DNA of 64,000 nt, taken from positions 32,001 to 96,000 of the forward strand of contig CAWKAR010000057.1 in NCBI GenBank assembly GCA_963847625.1, read 5' to 3'. Positions 1-10,288 of the stretch are shown here, piece by piece. The position numbers and the translations under genes are program-made. Within the stretch, counting starts at the first letter, position 1; each line of letters begins with the position of its first letter. This stretch comes from a candidate division FCPU426 bacterium. Lineage in GTDB: Bacteria; Oederibacteriota; Muellerivitia; Muellerivitales; Muellerivitaceae. Under the pieces are notes generated by a model that worked only from the letters and a program-made list of their open reading frames with translations, did no database searches and had not been told where the DNA came from.

Positions 1-450
1 AGTTTGGCTTTTTCAGCCGCCTTCACGACCGCCTTTGCGACCGGTTTTTTACTCCCTTACGACGTCAAGGTTTCCGGAAGCAACATCTATGTTTTGGACT
101 CGGGACGGAACCGGGTCGTGGAATTGGACGGGAGCGGGACACCCGTCACCCAATGGGGTAGTTACGGGAACACGGGCAATGGAACCTTTCACACCCCCGA
201 ATTCCTGGCCGTCGACCACAACACTGGTAATGTCTACGTGTCGGACTCCGTTAATTTCAGGATTGAGCTTTTCGACCCGAACGGGACCTATTTGACCCAA
301 TGGGGCGGAGCCGGCACGGGAAACAGCCAATTCGGCGGCAATACCACCATTGATTCCCCGAGGGGACTCGCGGTGGATTCCACGGGCAAGATATATGCCG
401 TTGACGCCATCAATTTGGCCATCGGCACCATCAAGGTCTTCGGACCCTAG
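1..450 (+). CDS. NHL-repeat (beta-propeller) protein, 5' partial
   Basis: Frame open from window edge; NHL motifs IYVLDSGRNRV, VYVSDSVNFRIELFD, PRGLAVDSTGKIY and QWG-x-G-x-G loops. Confidence 0.85.
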   Translation, partial: SLAFSAAFTTAFATGFLLPYDVKVSGSNIYVLDSGRNRVVELDGSGTPVTQWGSYGNTGNGTFHTPEFLAVDHNTGNVYVSDSVNFRIELFDPNGTYLTQWGGAGTGNSQFGGNTTIDSPRGLAVDSTGKIYAVDAINLAIGTIKVFGP

Positions 451-517
451 TGCCGTTTTCCGCAGCAATCCCAATTCCTGTTGTTCCCTGAAAGGCTAGA
501 AAGGTAGTAGGGCAATA

Positions 518-632
518 ATGGTTCTTCGCGGAAGAAATTGGGGGGGGGTAGAAGTTTTTATTCTATAGATATTTCTCAGTCAATTCCTAATTGCTAATTC
601 CTCATTCCTAATTTTGTTTTTTCGGAGGATGT
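518..632. repeat. Intergenic repeat family A, copy 1
   Basis: ATGGTTCTTCGCGGAAGAAATT + G-tract ... TTCGGAGG; internal AATTCCT heptamer repeats; matches copies at 1942, 3764, 5318. Confidence 0.7.
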
Positions 633-699
633 ATCTTTCGCAAAAGGTTCGAGGAATTATAAAAAATTTTAATGTAGGCCGCCCTATGTTCGCGTTTTC

Positions 700-1698
700 T
701 TATTTATAAATGGTCACTGTAGCTGAATAACCCGCGGCGAAGGATGAATTCCACGTTGGGGCGCCCGTAAAAGACGTGGTTTGGTTCTGGACATCGGCTT
801 GCACCAGGTAAGTCACCCCTCCCGTCGCGGGATAGGCCGTGACCGGTATGGCAAAAGGGGAATCAATATCCGGGGGTGACGAATAGTAGGTCTGGAGGTA
901 ATTGTTGGTGCCTATCTGCTTTAAAACAAAGAGGTAATCATTGCTCCCTTCCGCGGTCCAAGTGGCCGTGGTTCCCGCGGAATTAATGGAAATGGTTCCA
1001 TCGGGGCCGGATACCTGCGCTGAAAGCGCCGTTCCGATGGATGTGCTGACTGACATCTGGTAGACACCGGATTGGTAAGAAAGCGCAAAGTCGCTTAAGG
1101 AATAGTAAGCCTTAGTACCACCGGAGATGGAGTTAAAAGGTGCGGTGACCGACCCCGATGGGCCTGTAATGACCACCAAATCAGTGGTTTCGGGCGCCCC
1201 ATTGACCTGCATGTTGATGTCGGCCCTGAGGTAGGATGCCGTACCGTATACAATTCCCTGGACCCATATGGTTGGTACTGGCGTCAGCGTCGCGGTTCGG
1301 GTAACCGTAGGGCTTAAGGTGTTGGTCGGCGTCGGGGTGATGGTCGGTGAGTTCGTGATCGTGGGAGTATTTGTGATGGTGGGGGTATTCGTAATAGTGG
1401 GCGTGTTGGTGCTGGTGCCAGTATTAGTGGGTGTATTAGTAATCGTCGGAGTATTCGTGATCGTGGGAGTGTTGGTGATGGTCGGAGTGAGGGTGAAGGT
1501 GGAGGTGCTTGTTTTGGTCGGCGTGTTGGTAATCGTGGGCGTCAAACTGATGGTCGGGGTGTTCGTGGGGGCGGACGACGCCACGGGCGAGGCGGGGCTT
1601 TGGTTCCCGGAACTGCAGGAGATCACGATAGGGATGGCGGTTATGAGTAAAAAGGGGAAAAAGCCTAATGAAATCATCCCAAAAGGACGAGCCTTCAT
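700..1698 (-). CDS. Putative lipoprotein with Thr/Pro-rich linker and beta-rich C-terminal domain
   Basis: Hydrophobic signal ending VISC (lipobox-like), TNTPTI repeats, globular C-terminus. Confidence 0.75.
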   Translation of the reverse strand: MKARPFGMISLGFFPFLLITAIPIVISCSSGNQSPASPVASSAPTNTPTISLTPTITNTPTKTSTSTFTLTPTITNTPTITNTPTITNTPTNTGTSTNTPTITNTPTITNTPTITNSPTITPTPTNTLSPTVTRTATLTPVPTIWVQGIVYGTASYLRADINMQVNGAPETTDLVVITGPSGSVTAPFNSISGGTKAYYSLSDFALSYQSGVYQMSVSTSIGTALSAQVSGPDGTISINSAGTTATWTAEGSNDYLFVLKQIGTNNYLQTYYSSPPDIDSPFAIPVTAYPATGGVTYLVQADVQNQTTSFTGAPTWNSSFAAGYSATVTIYK

Positions 1699-1941
1699 AA
1701 AGCACCCCTCAAGCCATCAATTTTATTCATGAAAATCATCCTGTTATTTGACGAGCCTGATAGTGATTAGACGGCCAGCACCGGGAAATAGTCGCAAATA
1801 TAACTTAAACAAGGGGTTGGGCTCTTCGATATGCTTCGCTACTCAGGGCAGGCCTCCAGGGAACCCTGTTCTATCGGCAGGCAACCTTCAAACAACAATT
1901 AAAAGCTTATAAATGCTCCGCACAACCGGCTTTCCGGGCTA

Positions 1942-2029
1942 GAAGAAATTCGGGGGGAAGAAACACAATTTACAATGAATAATGGACAATGAAGGATTGA
2001 TGGCTAATCGTTCTCGGAAGAGTTTTCAA
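1942..2029. repeat. Intergenic repeat family A, copy 2
   Basis: GAAGAAATT...GAAGAAACACAATTTACAATGAATAATGGACAATGAAG...GTTCTCGGAAGAGTTTTCAA, near-identical to copy 3. Confidence 0.85.
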
Positions 2030-2046
2030 GCACGCGATGGAATAAC

Positions 2047-3651
2047 CTATTTCAGAAGAAGAACCCTTTTTATTTTCCGGTTATAAGGCTCGGTGAGGTA
2101 CAAGACATAAACCCCGCTCGCGCAAGGGTCTCCGAATTTGTTCTTACTGTCCCAAAGGTAAGAAGCGGCAATCGGCGCTTCCAAATGCCCCTCATCCAGA
2201 GTCCGAATGTGTTCCCCGGCCGAATTATAAATCCGCAATGAATAATTGCCCGGATACTTGCAATAGGAAACATAGATTGAGACTGGGCCGTTGCCCGGGG
2301 AAAATTCGTTTTTCGAGACGTAAAACTCATCGCAGGACGGAAGCGGTGTTGAGGTCGGCGTCGGGGTGACGGTCATGGTTATGGTTTCCGTGGGGGTGTT
2401 AGTAGGGCTAAACGTAGGCGTGTTGGTAACGGTGAAGGTATCCGTCGGGGTACTCGTTGGCGTGGGCGTCGATGTTGGCGTAGCCGTAAGCGTAGCGGTG
2501 AGGGACACCGTAGGTGTCATCGAAGCCGTTGCCGTACTGGTAAGGGTTGCGGTGGGCGCTAGGGCGCTTACTTTCCGAATCCGGTTGTTGGAAGTATCGG
2601 CGATATAAAAGTTACCCGCACTATCCACAAACACGGCCATGGGTAAATTGATTTGGGCCGCTGTCGCGGGCCCGCCGTCCCCCGAGGAACCCAGGGTGCC
2701 ATTTCCAGCCACCGTGGTAATCACGCCTGCAATCGCATCGACAAACCGGATACGGCCATTCCCGGAATCCGCGATATAAAGGTTTCCCATTCCGTCCAAT
2801 GCCAAACCGCCGCAAAAAGAAATCTTCGCGGCCGTGGCGGGCCCGCCGTCCCCCGAATAACCGGATGTACCGGTACCCGCTACCGTCGTGATGATTCCCG
2901 TCACCGCATCCACCCGGCGGACGCGATTATTGTTAAAATCCGAGATATAAATATCCCCGGACGCGTCCAGCGCCACATCATGAGGGGTGAAAAGATTGGC
3001 CGCCGTGGCCGGCCCGCCGTCCCCTGAGTAACCCGGCGTACCCGTGCCCGCCACCGTGGTGATGACACCGGTCGCCGCGTCCACTTTTCGGACACGGTCG
3101 TTTATAAAATCGGCGATATAAATGTTTCCGGTATTATCAACCGCGACTCCCGGCGGTTGATTCAGTTGCGCCAAGGTCGCCGGCCCGCCGTCCCCTGAGT
3201 AACCCGGCGTAGCCGTACCCGCCACCGTGGTGATGACGCTGGTACCCGCGTCCACGCGCCGGATGCTGTTGTTGGAGGTATCCGCGAAATAAATGTCCCC
3301 GGAACCATCCATTACCAGGTTATAGGGATTGTTGATCATTGCCGCCGTGGCCTGCCCCCCGTCCCCCGAGTAACCCGCCGTACCCGTGCCCACTACCGTG
3401 GTGATGACACTGGTGCCCGCGTCCACGCGCCGGATGCGGTTGTTGGAGGTATCCGAGAGATAAATGTTTCCCGCGCTGTCCACCGCCACGCCATAGGGGC
3501 TGTTGATCCGGGCGGCGGTGGCCGGCCCGCCGTCCCCCGAATATCCCCATGTGCCATTGCCTGCCACCGTCGTGATGATTTGGCCCCGGACGCCGGAAGA
3601 AAATAGGAGAAGAATTATTAAAAGAGGAAATAATTTATGGAGTGCTTTCAT
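2047..3651 (-). CDS. Secreted NHL-repeat protein with Thr/Pro linker and FlgD-Ig/T9SS-CTD-like C-terminal domain
   Basis: Signal peptide; six repeats of ITTVAGxGxxGYSGDGGPATAA...YIADxxNxRIR; C-terminus IYNSAGEHIRTL...WDSKN...SGVY...KRVLLLK. Confidence 0.9.
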   Translation of the reverse strand: MKALHKLFPLLIILLLFSSGVRGQIITTVAGNGTWGYSGDGGPATAARINSPYGVAVDSAGNIYLSDTSNNRIRRVDAGTSVITTVVGTGTAGYSGDGGQATAAMINNPYNLVMDGSGDIYFADTSNNSIRRVDAGTSVITTVAGTATPGYSGDGGPATLAQLNQPPGVAVDNTGNIYIADFINDRVRKVDAATGVITTVAGTGTPGYSGDGGPATAANLFTPHDVALDASGDIYISDFNNNRVRRVDAVTGIITTVAGTGTSGYSGDGGPATAAKISFCGGLALDGMGNLYIADSGNGRIRFVDAIAGVITTVAGNGTLGSSGDGGPATAAQINLPMAVFVDSAGNFYIADTSNNRIRKVSALAPTATLTSTATASMTPTVSLTATLTATPTSTPTPTSTPTDTFTVTNTPTFSPTNTPTETITMTVTPTPTSTPLPSCDEFYVSKNEFSPGNGPVSIYVSYCKYPGNYSLRIYNSAGEHIRTLDEGHLEAPIAASYLWDSKNKFGDPCASGVYVLYLTEPYNRKIKRVLLLK

Positions 3652-3763
3652 GGCTTCATCCGGAATCAGGATTTAAGTTTATTATCTCACATGTCCTGAA
3701 ATAACGACGGTTGGGAAGCTTTATCCAATGCCCGATCGGGACATGAATGGCGGCAGTAGGAGG

Positions 3764-3870
3764 AAAACGATGGAACTTCGCGGAAGAAATGGGGGAGGAA
3801 GAAACACAATTTACAATGAATAATGGACAATGAAGAATTGATAGCTCATTGTTCTCGGAAGAGTTTTCAA
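3764..3870. repeat. Intergenic repeat family A, copy 3
   Basis: AAAACGATGGAACTTCGCGGAAGAAAT...TTCTCGGAAGAGTTTTCAA. Confidence 0.85.
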
Positions 3871-3909
3871 AACCTCAAACCCTTACCGAATATCTGAGTG
3901 ATATGAATA

Positions 3910-5192
3910 TTATTGAATTTCCCGGATCATGTTGTTGCCTGAATCCGCCACATAAACGATCCCCGTATTGCCCACCGCAACCCCAAAGGGGCCTTTGAAG
4001 GAAGCCCCCGTGCCCGTGCCGTTCGAAGAACCCGGAGTCGTCGACCCCGCCAGCGTGGACACCACGCCTCCGGGGGTGATTTTGCGAATCATGTTGTTGC
4101 CGCAATCCGCGACATAAACGGTGCCCGAATCATCCACGGCCACGCCGATGGGATAATTAAACGTGGCGGCGGTACCGGTGGCGTTCGTGGCCCCGGTGAC
4201 GCCGGCTTGCCCCGCCAGGGTCGAAACCATCCCTCCCGGCGTGATCTTCCGGATCAGGTTGTTGAGCGAGTCGCCCACATAAACATTCCCCGCGCCGTCC
4301 ACCGCCACACCTTGGGGCCAATAAAAGGAGGCGCCCGTGCCTGTTCCGTTCGCGGAACCGGGGCTCGAGGTGCCTGCCAGGGTCGAGACGAGCCCGCCGG
4401 AGGTGATGACCCGGATCATGTTGTTGTACCGGTCGGCGACATAAACATTTCCCGAAGCATCCACGGCCACGCCTTGGGGCCCGTTAAACGATGCCGCCGT
4501 TCCAACACCGTTGGAGGAACCGTAGGCCATGGAGCCCGCCAGGGTCGTCACCACGGCTCCCGGCGCTATTTTCCGGATCAGGTTGTTGCCGAAATCCGCG
4601 ACATATACGTTTCCGGAGCCGTCCACCGCCACCCCGTCCGGGCCGTAAAACAAGGCGGCCGTTCCCGTGCCGTTGGAGGATCCCCCCCAGATCGAACCCG
4701 CCAGCGTCGTCACGACCCCCCCTGGTGAAATTTCCCGGATCAAGTTATTCGTGGAATCCCCCACGCAAACATTTCCCGAGGAATCCACAGCCACTCCGAT
4801 GGGGAAGCTGAAGGAGGCGGCGGAACCCGTGCCGTTCGTGGAACCAAAGGTCGTTGAACCGGCCATGGTGGACACCACGGCCCCGTTGGTCATCGCGGTG
4901 GGGTGGAGGTGAAGGTGCAGGTATTCATGGGGTAATTGCAGGGCGTGCTGGTGTTGACCGGGGTGAAAGTATTTGTGGGTGTGAGAGTGAGCGTCGGGGT
5001 GAGGGTTTTGGTGGGGGTGCAGGTGTTCCCAGGATAGCCGCAAGGAGTAAGGGTCGATGTGGGTGTGGGAGTCGCGGTGTGCGCGGGCGGTGGTGAAGAA
5101 GGGCTTTTATTATTGCTGCAGGCGAGCGGGAAAAACCAAAAAAACGATAACATTAAAAGAATGAAAACAAGCAGATAAATTAATCGGCGCAT
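3910..5192 (-). CDS. NHL-repeat lipoprotein, split by one frameshift at ~4900
   Basis: ORF 4890-5198 gives the signal (PLAC lipobox) and TP linker; ORF 3910-5043 gives six NHL repeats; adding one C in the homopolymer at ~4900-4903 joins them (...TSTPTAMTNGAVV...). Confidence 0.8.
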
Positions 5193-5317
5193 AAACACCC
5201 CCCGGCAAAAGCATCTTCAAAAAAGTTCATACAGCTTACCCCTCCCACGATTATTGGACAACTTTTAACAACTATGAAGTATTTATCCTTAAAACAAAGG
5301 TCGGCTGCGAGAAGTCC

Positions 5318-5394
5318 AAAACGATGGAACTTCGCGGAAGAAATTGGAGAGGGGTGTTCAGGTTGGATTTATGTCTAAATTTTCGGAAGAGTTT
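5318..5394. repeat. Intergenic repeat family A, copy 4
   Basis: AAAACGATGGAACTTCGCGGAAGAAATT identical start to copy 3; ends TTCGGAAGAGTTT. Confidence 0.8.
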
Positions 5395-5531
5395 GGCGGG
5401 ATAAAGCAAGGGGGAAATGCCTCAAAAACAGATCTTGTAAAATGTACCCTACTACACGCTGACCCGTCTCCCGAAGTCTTGACATAGGGAGAGGTGCGGG
5501 AAGTCTGACCCCCTTTTTTTCAACCAATAAT

Positions 5532-5560
5532 AAAAAAGGCGTCCCCTCGAGGGGGACGCC
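5532..5560 (-). terminator. Intrinsic terminator
   Basis: GGCGTCCCC/GGGGACGCC stem followed by a T-tract on the minus strand, after the 5609-6046 gene. Confidence 0.7.
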
Positions 5561-5608
5561 CAAAACATTGACGGCTAAGTTTCTAACTGAAGTATTGGTG
5601 ACTTTAGG

Positions 5609-6046
5609 TTATTTTCCCCATTGGCCCGGCGGGGGTTTCATTCCAGGCGGCATAGGTTGGGGGTTCAATTCCGGATTTTTGATGGTTCCATCACCTCCCC
5701 CGGGTTTATGGTTTCCGGGTCTTGTGCGGTTCACTCCATCCTCGCCATCTTTATACTGCGAGATACTAGTATCCCCAGCATTCCCATTTCTATGGTGTTT
5801 TGCGCGCATAACACCATCTTCTCCATCTTTATATTCCGGATGTTTTGTGTTTTTCAGGTGAGAGGACACGCTTTTCCTGCCATGCTTTTTTTCCGAGGCG
5901 TGACCACTGTTTTTCGCGTCATGATGCTTTAACGATTTCTTGTGGGCGGCTGTGATCCCTCCGTCAGTGGCATGCGCGTCGGCCAGAGCCATCCCCGTCC
6001 CGGCTATAAACAGCAAACCTGCCAAAACCGCGATAATATTTTTCAT
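5609..6046 (-). CDS. Small secreted His/Lys-rich protein with two YKDGEDG motifs
   Basis: AGGAGG RBS; signal peptide ending ALA; YKDGEDGV twice; ELNPQPMPPG near the C-terminus. Confidence 0.75.
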   Translation of the reverse strand: MKNIIAVLAGLLFIAGTGMALADAHATDGGITAAHKKSLKHHDAKNSGHASEKKHGRKSVSSHLKNTKHPEYKDGEDGVMRAKHHRNGNAGDTSISQYKDGEDGVNRTRPGNHKPGGGDGTIKNPELNPQPMPPGMKPPPGQWGK

Positions 6047-6096
6047 GGATACTGCCTCCTCTTTTATGCTTGCGTCGGTTTTTGCCCTCCGCCATG

Positions 6097-6123
6097 AGAC
6101 GAGGGGCCCAGTGAAAAGATTCC
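6097..6123 (-). promoter_or_regulatory. ECF sigma-type promoter (GGAAT-N17-CGTCT)
   Basis: Resembles the ECF AAC/CGT consensus; similar motifs at 51435 and 52114. Confidence 0.5.
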
Positions 6124-6384
6124 AACGTTATTGGGTGGATTATATATCATCAGCCTGCCGGCCCAAATATTTCATTTTAAAGTTTTTAAATGGATATTCG
6201 GAAAAAAGGGTCCAGGAAAAAAGGGTCAAGGCCTACATATTACACTATAGACTCGCCCCAAAACCTCATGCAAAAAAACAGGCTCTTATTATGCCACCAA
6301 TTTGAACAATGAAAAATGAACCCATTCGACAAGCTCAGGGCTGACGGATTCTAGGGATTTACCGCAGGCCCATTCTGAAAGCAA

Positions 6385-7263
6385 TCACCCCTTGGGTGCA
6401 TTGGCCCTCAGGAACTTTCTAACCCTCTTCTTCGCTTCTTCCCGGTTCGTGAAAATGGACACATGCTCCCCGCCCTCGATGGTGAGCAGTTCCGCCCCGG
6501 GAATCCTTTCCCCCAAAACCTTCCCGTGCTTCTCGAAGGGCACCATCCGGTCCGCGGTGCCGTGAATGACCAGCGTGGGAACGGCGACTTTTTCCAGGGG
6601 AAAATCCGTGGTCTGGGTCACCCTTATGTCGTTCTCGGTCCCGGTCAGCCGCAGGTGCATCCGGTCGAAGGTGCTTAATATCAGTTCCATCAAAAGGGGC
6701 CCCGCCTGGGGGTCCTTTAATGTCCTGGCCCGAACGGCCGGATCGGCAATGGAGGGGCGGGCGGCTTTGTCCGGGTCCTTCCCCGCCTTTTTTTTCATCA
6801 TGGTGGAGAACCAGGGTATCCGGGCGATAAGCTTGAAAACCTGGAACGCGAAAGGGATGGGGGTATCCACCACCTCGCCGGTGGTCGAAACCAGGACCAG
6901 CCCCCAGCACCTCTCCCGGTGCCTCAGGGCAAAATGGATCGCGTTGGGGCCGCCCCCGGAAACCGCCATCACCGCCGTTTTTTTAACCCCGAGCGTATCG
7001 AGAAGGTCCGCCAGAAGGTCCGCCTGCTCCTCCGAGGTCTTTCCCGATTTCAACGGCGTCCGGAGGTAGCCGGGCCTGGAAACCCCGATGAACCGGTAAC
7101 CTTCCCCGCCGACGGTGCGGGCAAGAAGCAGGCTTTGGTCATAGCCCCCCATCGCCCCGTGGAGGCACAATATTGCCGGGCCTTCCCCATACTCGGCGTA
7201 TTCGACCGGTCCCCTGGGCGTTTGCAGGATTTTTGGTTCCGGATTTTTCGTGATCTCGGCCAC
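6385..7263 (-). CDS. Alpha/beta-fold hydrolase
   Basis: LHGAMGG oxyanion loop, AVSGGG nucleophile elbow, HGTADRMVP, GGEH catalytic His. Confidence 0.9.
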   Translation of the reverse strand: MAEITKNPEPKILQTPRGPVEYAEYGEGPAILCLHGAMGGYDQSLLLARTVGGEGYRFIGVSRPGYLRTPLKSGKTSEEQADLLADLLDTLGVKKTAVMAVSGGGPNAIHFALRHRERCWGLVLVSTTGEVVDTPIPFAFQVFKLIARIPWFSTMMKKKAGKDPDKAARPSIADPAVRARTLKDPQAGPLLMELILSTFDRMHLRLTGTENDIRVTQTTDFPLEKVAVPTLVIHGTADRMVPFEKHGKVLGERIPGAELLTIEGGEHVSIFTNREEAKKRVRKFLRANAPKG

Positions 7264-7550
7264 TTTTTTTCCTCCCTGATTTTCTTTAACAGCTATTGGT
7301 TTCAGCGCACGTCGAGGAACATCTCGCGGAATTCAATTCCCTGTCTTTTCCCGCCCCGGACGGACCAGCACATCTGGATTCTTGAAGCCAAATCAGGGGC
7401 CATGTACCTATATGTAACATGGGAGCTTTATTTTCCTTCAGGCTCATTCTATGAAATTAAGGCCCAATCGGGGAATCCCTCCACGAGTTCGGGGCAGGCC
7501 TCTCGAAAGAACCTGTGGTGATCTAGTCGAAGCAGGCGGGAACAAGGGAA

Positions 7551-7696
7551 CCCGGTAAACCGGTAAAGCCGGTAAATCCAGTAAAGCCGGTAAATCTGGT
7601 AAACCTGGTAAACGCAGTAAAGCCGGTGAATGCGGTGAACCCGGTAAACCCAGTGAACCCGGTGAACGCGGTGAACCTGGTAAATCCGGTAAACCC
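7551..7696. repeat. Degenerate 9-bp tandem repeat (CCGGTAAAC-like), ~16 units
   Basis: ccggtaaag/ccggtaaat/ccagtaaag/ctggtaaac/ccggtgaac seen directly. Confidence 0.85.
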
Positions 7697-7887
7697 CTCG
7701 ACAAGTCCGACGGTGAGCTTGTCGAACTGCTCGGGGCAGGCCCGGGAACCCCGGAACTCTGGAACGGGTTCGACTCCCGTTGGTCGCTCACCGCAGGCTG
7801 GCCAAGAACCGGGAACCCCTCGACAAGCTCGGGGCAGGCTTGTCGAACGGTTTGATTAACTCACCGCAGGACCACTCGGGGCAGGCC
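7694..7887. repeat. Cluster of REP-like palindromes (TCGACAAGCTC...GCAGG)
   Basis: TCGACAAG/CTTGTCGA inverted pairs and CTCGGGGCAGG/CTCACCGCAGG ends; related copies near 1826, 6325 and 7477. Confidence 0.65.
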
Positions 7888-7922
7888 CCCCGGAACCTGC
7901 CAGAGCGAAAAAAGTGATCGTC

Positions 7923-10133
7923 CTATCTGAGGACGATCACTTTTCTTATCAACCTCCCGACCGGTTCCTCGATAATCACAAAATAAACACCATTCCCCAC
8001 GATAACGCCATCATTGTTGGTCCCGTCCCACTGGGTTCTGTAATTCCCATGGCCCTTGTACTCGTCCATGATCTTCTTGACTTCCTCACCCGCGATGTTG
8101 AATACCATGATTTTGACGCTGCCGGCTTGATCCACCCTCACGTCCATCCCCAATGGGCCCTTGTCAGGATTGAAATAGTTAACATCCAAATATAACTTGG
8201 CATTCGGGGTGATCGTAGCCCGCGGGGTATTGGTGATGGTGGGCGTGCCGGTGATGGTTGGCGTTTGGGTCGGTGTGGGTGTGCTTGTTGGAGGCAGGGT
8301 ATTCGTGGCTGTGGGCGTCGGGGTGGTGGTGTAGGTGGAGGTCGGGGTCCCGGAAGGCGTGGGTGTCATCGTGACTGAGGGCGTAAAGGAAGGCGTGAGG
8401 GTGGGTGTTGAGGTCGGTGTAGGCGTAGCCGTCGGGGTGTTGGACGGCGACAGGGTAAAGGTAGGCGTCGGGGTTTGGGTTGGCGTATTGGTGGACGTGG
8501 CCGTGAAGGTATCCGTCGGAGTGTTCGTGTTCGTCGATGTGTAGGAAGAAGTTGGCGAAGCCGAAGGCGTAGCGGTGAGCGTAGGCGGCGGAGTCAAAGT
8601 GACCGTGTTGGTCACTGTCGGGGTAGCCGAATCCGTTGGGGTAGGGGTCGGCGTTTTCGTGACCGTTGGCGTGAGGGAAGGATAAGAGTTTGTAGAGGTA
8701 GAAGTAGGCGAAGCGGTAGGGGTAGCCGTCATTGTGGGCGTGTCAGATGGAATATCAGTCGGGGTGTCGGTTGACGTGTCCGTGACCGTTGGCGTGGAGG
8801 AAAGAGTATAAGCCGGCGTATTAGAGATCGTGGGTGTCGGCGTCAATGTCGGTGTATCGGATGGTGTATCGGCCGGTGTGTCCGTCATTGTGGGCGTGTC
8901 AGATGGAATATCAGTCGGTGTGCCGGTTGACGTGTCCGTGACCGTTGGCGTGTCTGTGGGAGTATCAATAGGCATATTCGTCATTGTGGGCGTAACCGTA
9001 GACGTGTTGGTCGACGTCGGGGTTGGGGTAATCAAGGGGGTGGAAGTGGGAGAATTGGAAGGGGTGCAGGTCGGTGAATTGGACGAGGTGAAGGTTGGCG
9101 TGATGGCCGGTGTTAAAGAGTTTGTAGAGGTAGCGGTAGGCGAAGCAGTAGGGGTAGCCGATGAAGTCGGTGTCAACGAACTCGTTGGGGTATTGGTGGG
9201 AGTACGAGTCGGGGTATTGGTGGGGGTCGGAGTCGGGGTGTTGGTCGGCCCACCACTCAAAATTTCGACGCCCCAGCCATAGCCGGACGCTGAGACATTG
9301 TTGGGGTTAAAGCTCTGGCTAATGCTGATGGCTGACGTGGTCCCGGGCGAATAATCACTTAAAGCAAAGCCTAACGCGTCTGAACCCATCGTGGCTGGAG
9401 TAAGGGGATATCGAACGGTGCCATTGACCACAGCGTAACTGCCCGGATTCGTGCTGCCCTGCGTCAAAAGCATCTGGAGAATCGTGCTGGTGGAACTTAA
9501 AGGCGTGAAACTAAAGGAAACAGTCGCCGGTGTGCTGTTGGCCAGGCTGGTGACGTAATTCGAGGCGTTGACGCTGGTGGTGCCGATGGGGGATGTGCTT
9601 GACGCGTTGCTATAGGTCCACCACTCATATCTCCAGGAACACGAACTGTTGCCGCAGGCCAAACCCGTGGTACCTTCGGCGATGGTCAGCGCGTGGGCGG
9701 ACGCGGGGTTCGCGATATAGTAAAGTGCCCGATACGCGGTTTGGAGGGCCGTATACGTGATGGGGCCGCCCAAGCTTGTCATCGCGGCGCCGTTATAAGT
9801 GATCGTGCCGGGAGTTGTCCCCCAAAAGGAGCCGTCGCCCTCAAGCAAGACGAATAAAACATAACTGCCCCCGGCGGAGGCGCCGAAATTGAGGGCGGAA
9901 ATGGTGACGCCGAGGCTGGTCAAAGAAGATGAAACCGTCGCGTCGTTGTCATAGCTGGGAACAGCGGCTACGGCGTTTCCAGTGGAAAAAATCAGGACTA
10001 GGAAAAATAAGGCGGAAATTAGTTTTGATCCAACTCGAGCCATTGGGCCCTTCGCGCGGGAGGATATCAGGAACGTCATTAAAACCGTAGGTAAAAGGGT
10101 TAACTTGAGGAAGGCAAACTTTTTCGTCGCCAT
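7923..10133 (-). CDS. Large secreted protein with very long Thr/Pro/Ser stalk and FlgD-Ig/T9SS-CTD-like C-terminus
   Basis: Hydrophobic N-terminus, ~350-aa TP stalk with internal DNA duplication (8728-8795 vs 8884-8952), C-terminus [12 protein letters not shown]...WDGTN...NGVYF...RKVIVLR; start may be the downstream Met (MARVG). Confidence 0.85.
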   Translation of the reverse strand: MATKKFAFLKLTLLPTVLMTFLISSRAKGPMARVGSKLISALFFLVLIFSTGNAVAAVPSYDNDATVSSSLTSLGVTISALNFGASAGGSYVLFVLLEGDGSFWGTTPGTITYNGAAMTSLGGPITYTALQTAYRALYYIANPASAHALTIAEGTTGLACGNSSCSWRYEWWTYSNASSTSPIGTTSVNASNYVTSLANSTPATVSFSFTPLSSTSTILQMLLTQGSTNPGSYAVVNGTVRYPLTPATMGSDALGFALSDYSPGTTSAISISQSFNPNNVSASGYGWGVEILSGGPTNTPTPTPTNTPTRTPTNTPTSSLTPTSSATPTASPTATSTNSLTPAITPTFTSSNSPTCTPSNSPTSTPLITPTPTSTNTSTVTPTMTNMPIDTPTDTPTVTDTSTGTPTDIPSDTPTMTDTPADTPSDTPTLTPTPTISNTPAYTLSSTPTVTDTSTDTPTDIPSDTPTMTATPTASPTSTSTNSYPSLTPTVTKTPTPTPTDSATPTVTNTVTLTPPPTLTATPSASPTSSYTSTNTNTPTDTFTATSTNTPTQTPTPTFTLSPSNTPTATPTPTSTPTLTPSFTPSVTMTPTPSGTPTSTYTTTPTPTATNTLPPTSTPTPTQTPTITGTPTITNTPRATITPNAKLYLDVNYFNPDKGPLGMDVRVDQAGSVKIMVFNIAGEEVKKIMDEYKGHGNYRTQWDGTNNDGVIVGNGVYFVIIEEPVGRLIRKVIVLR

Positions 10134-10178
10134 GATGAGCTTTCAAAATAAGTTTTCGTGGTTGGTGAATTAAGAAAA

Positions 10179-10288
10179 GGTCACGGGACGACCCTTCGGG
10201 TCGCCACTTAGGCGGGGCAAATAACCCCGCCCAAGTACACGGCTAGGCCCCCGGGCAAGCCCGGGGGCCTTGGCAGCCGGTAATTACC
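10179..10288 (-). ncRNA. Candidate structured 5' leader RNA (three hairpins)
   Basis: Three strong stems whose mismatches become G-U pairs only on the minus strand; TGgTATAAT extended -10 directly upstream (10293-10301). Confidence 0.5.

Noticed and set aside
518..5394. Family A repeats as a CRISPR array or integron attC sites
   Set aside because: Spacing is gene-sized, no RYYYAAC/GTTRRRY pair with palindromic core, no cas or intI gene
6063..6092. GGGCAAA...GACGCAAG resembling a c-di-GMP-I riboswitch
   Set aside because: No room for the P2 stem with GAAA loop or for P3; runs straight into the RBS
7444..7859. ORFs 7444-7791(-) and 7626-7859(+)
   Set aside because: Translations of the 9-mer repeat and palindromes; no recognisable domain
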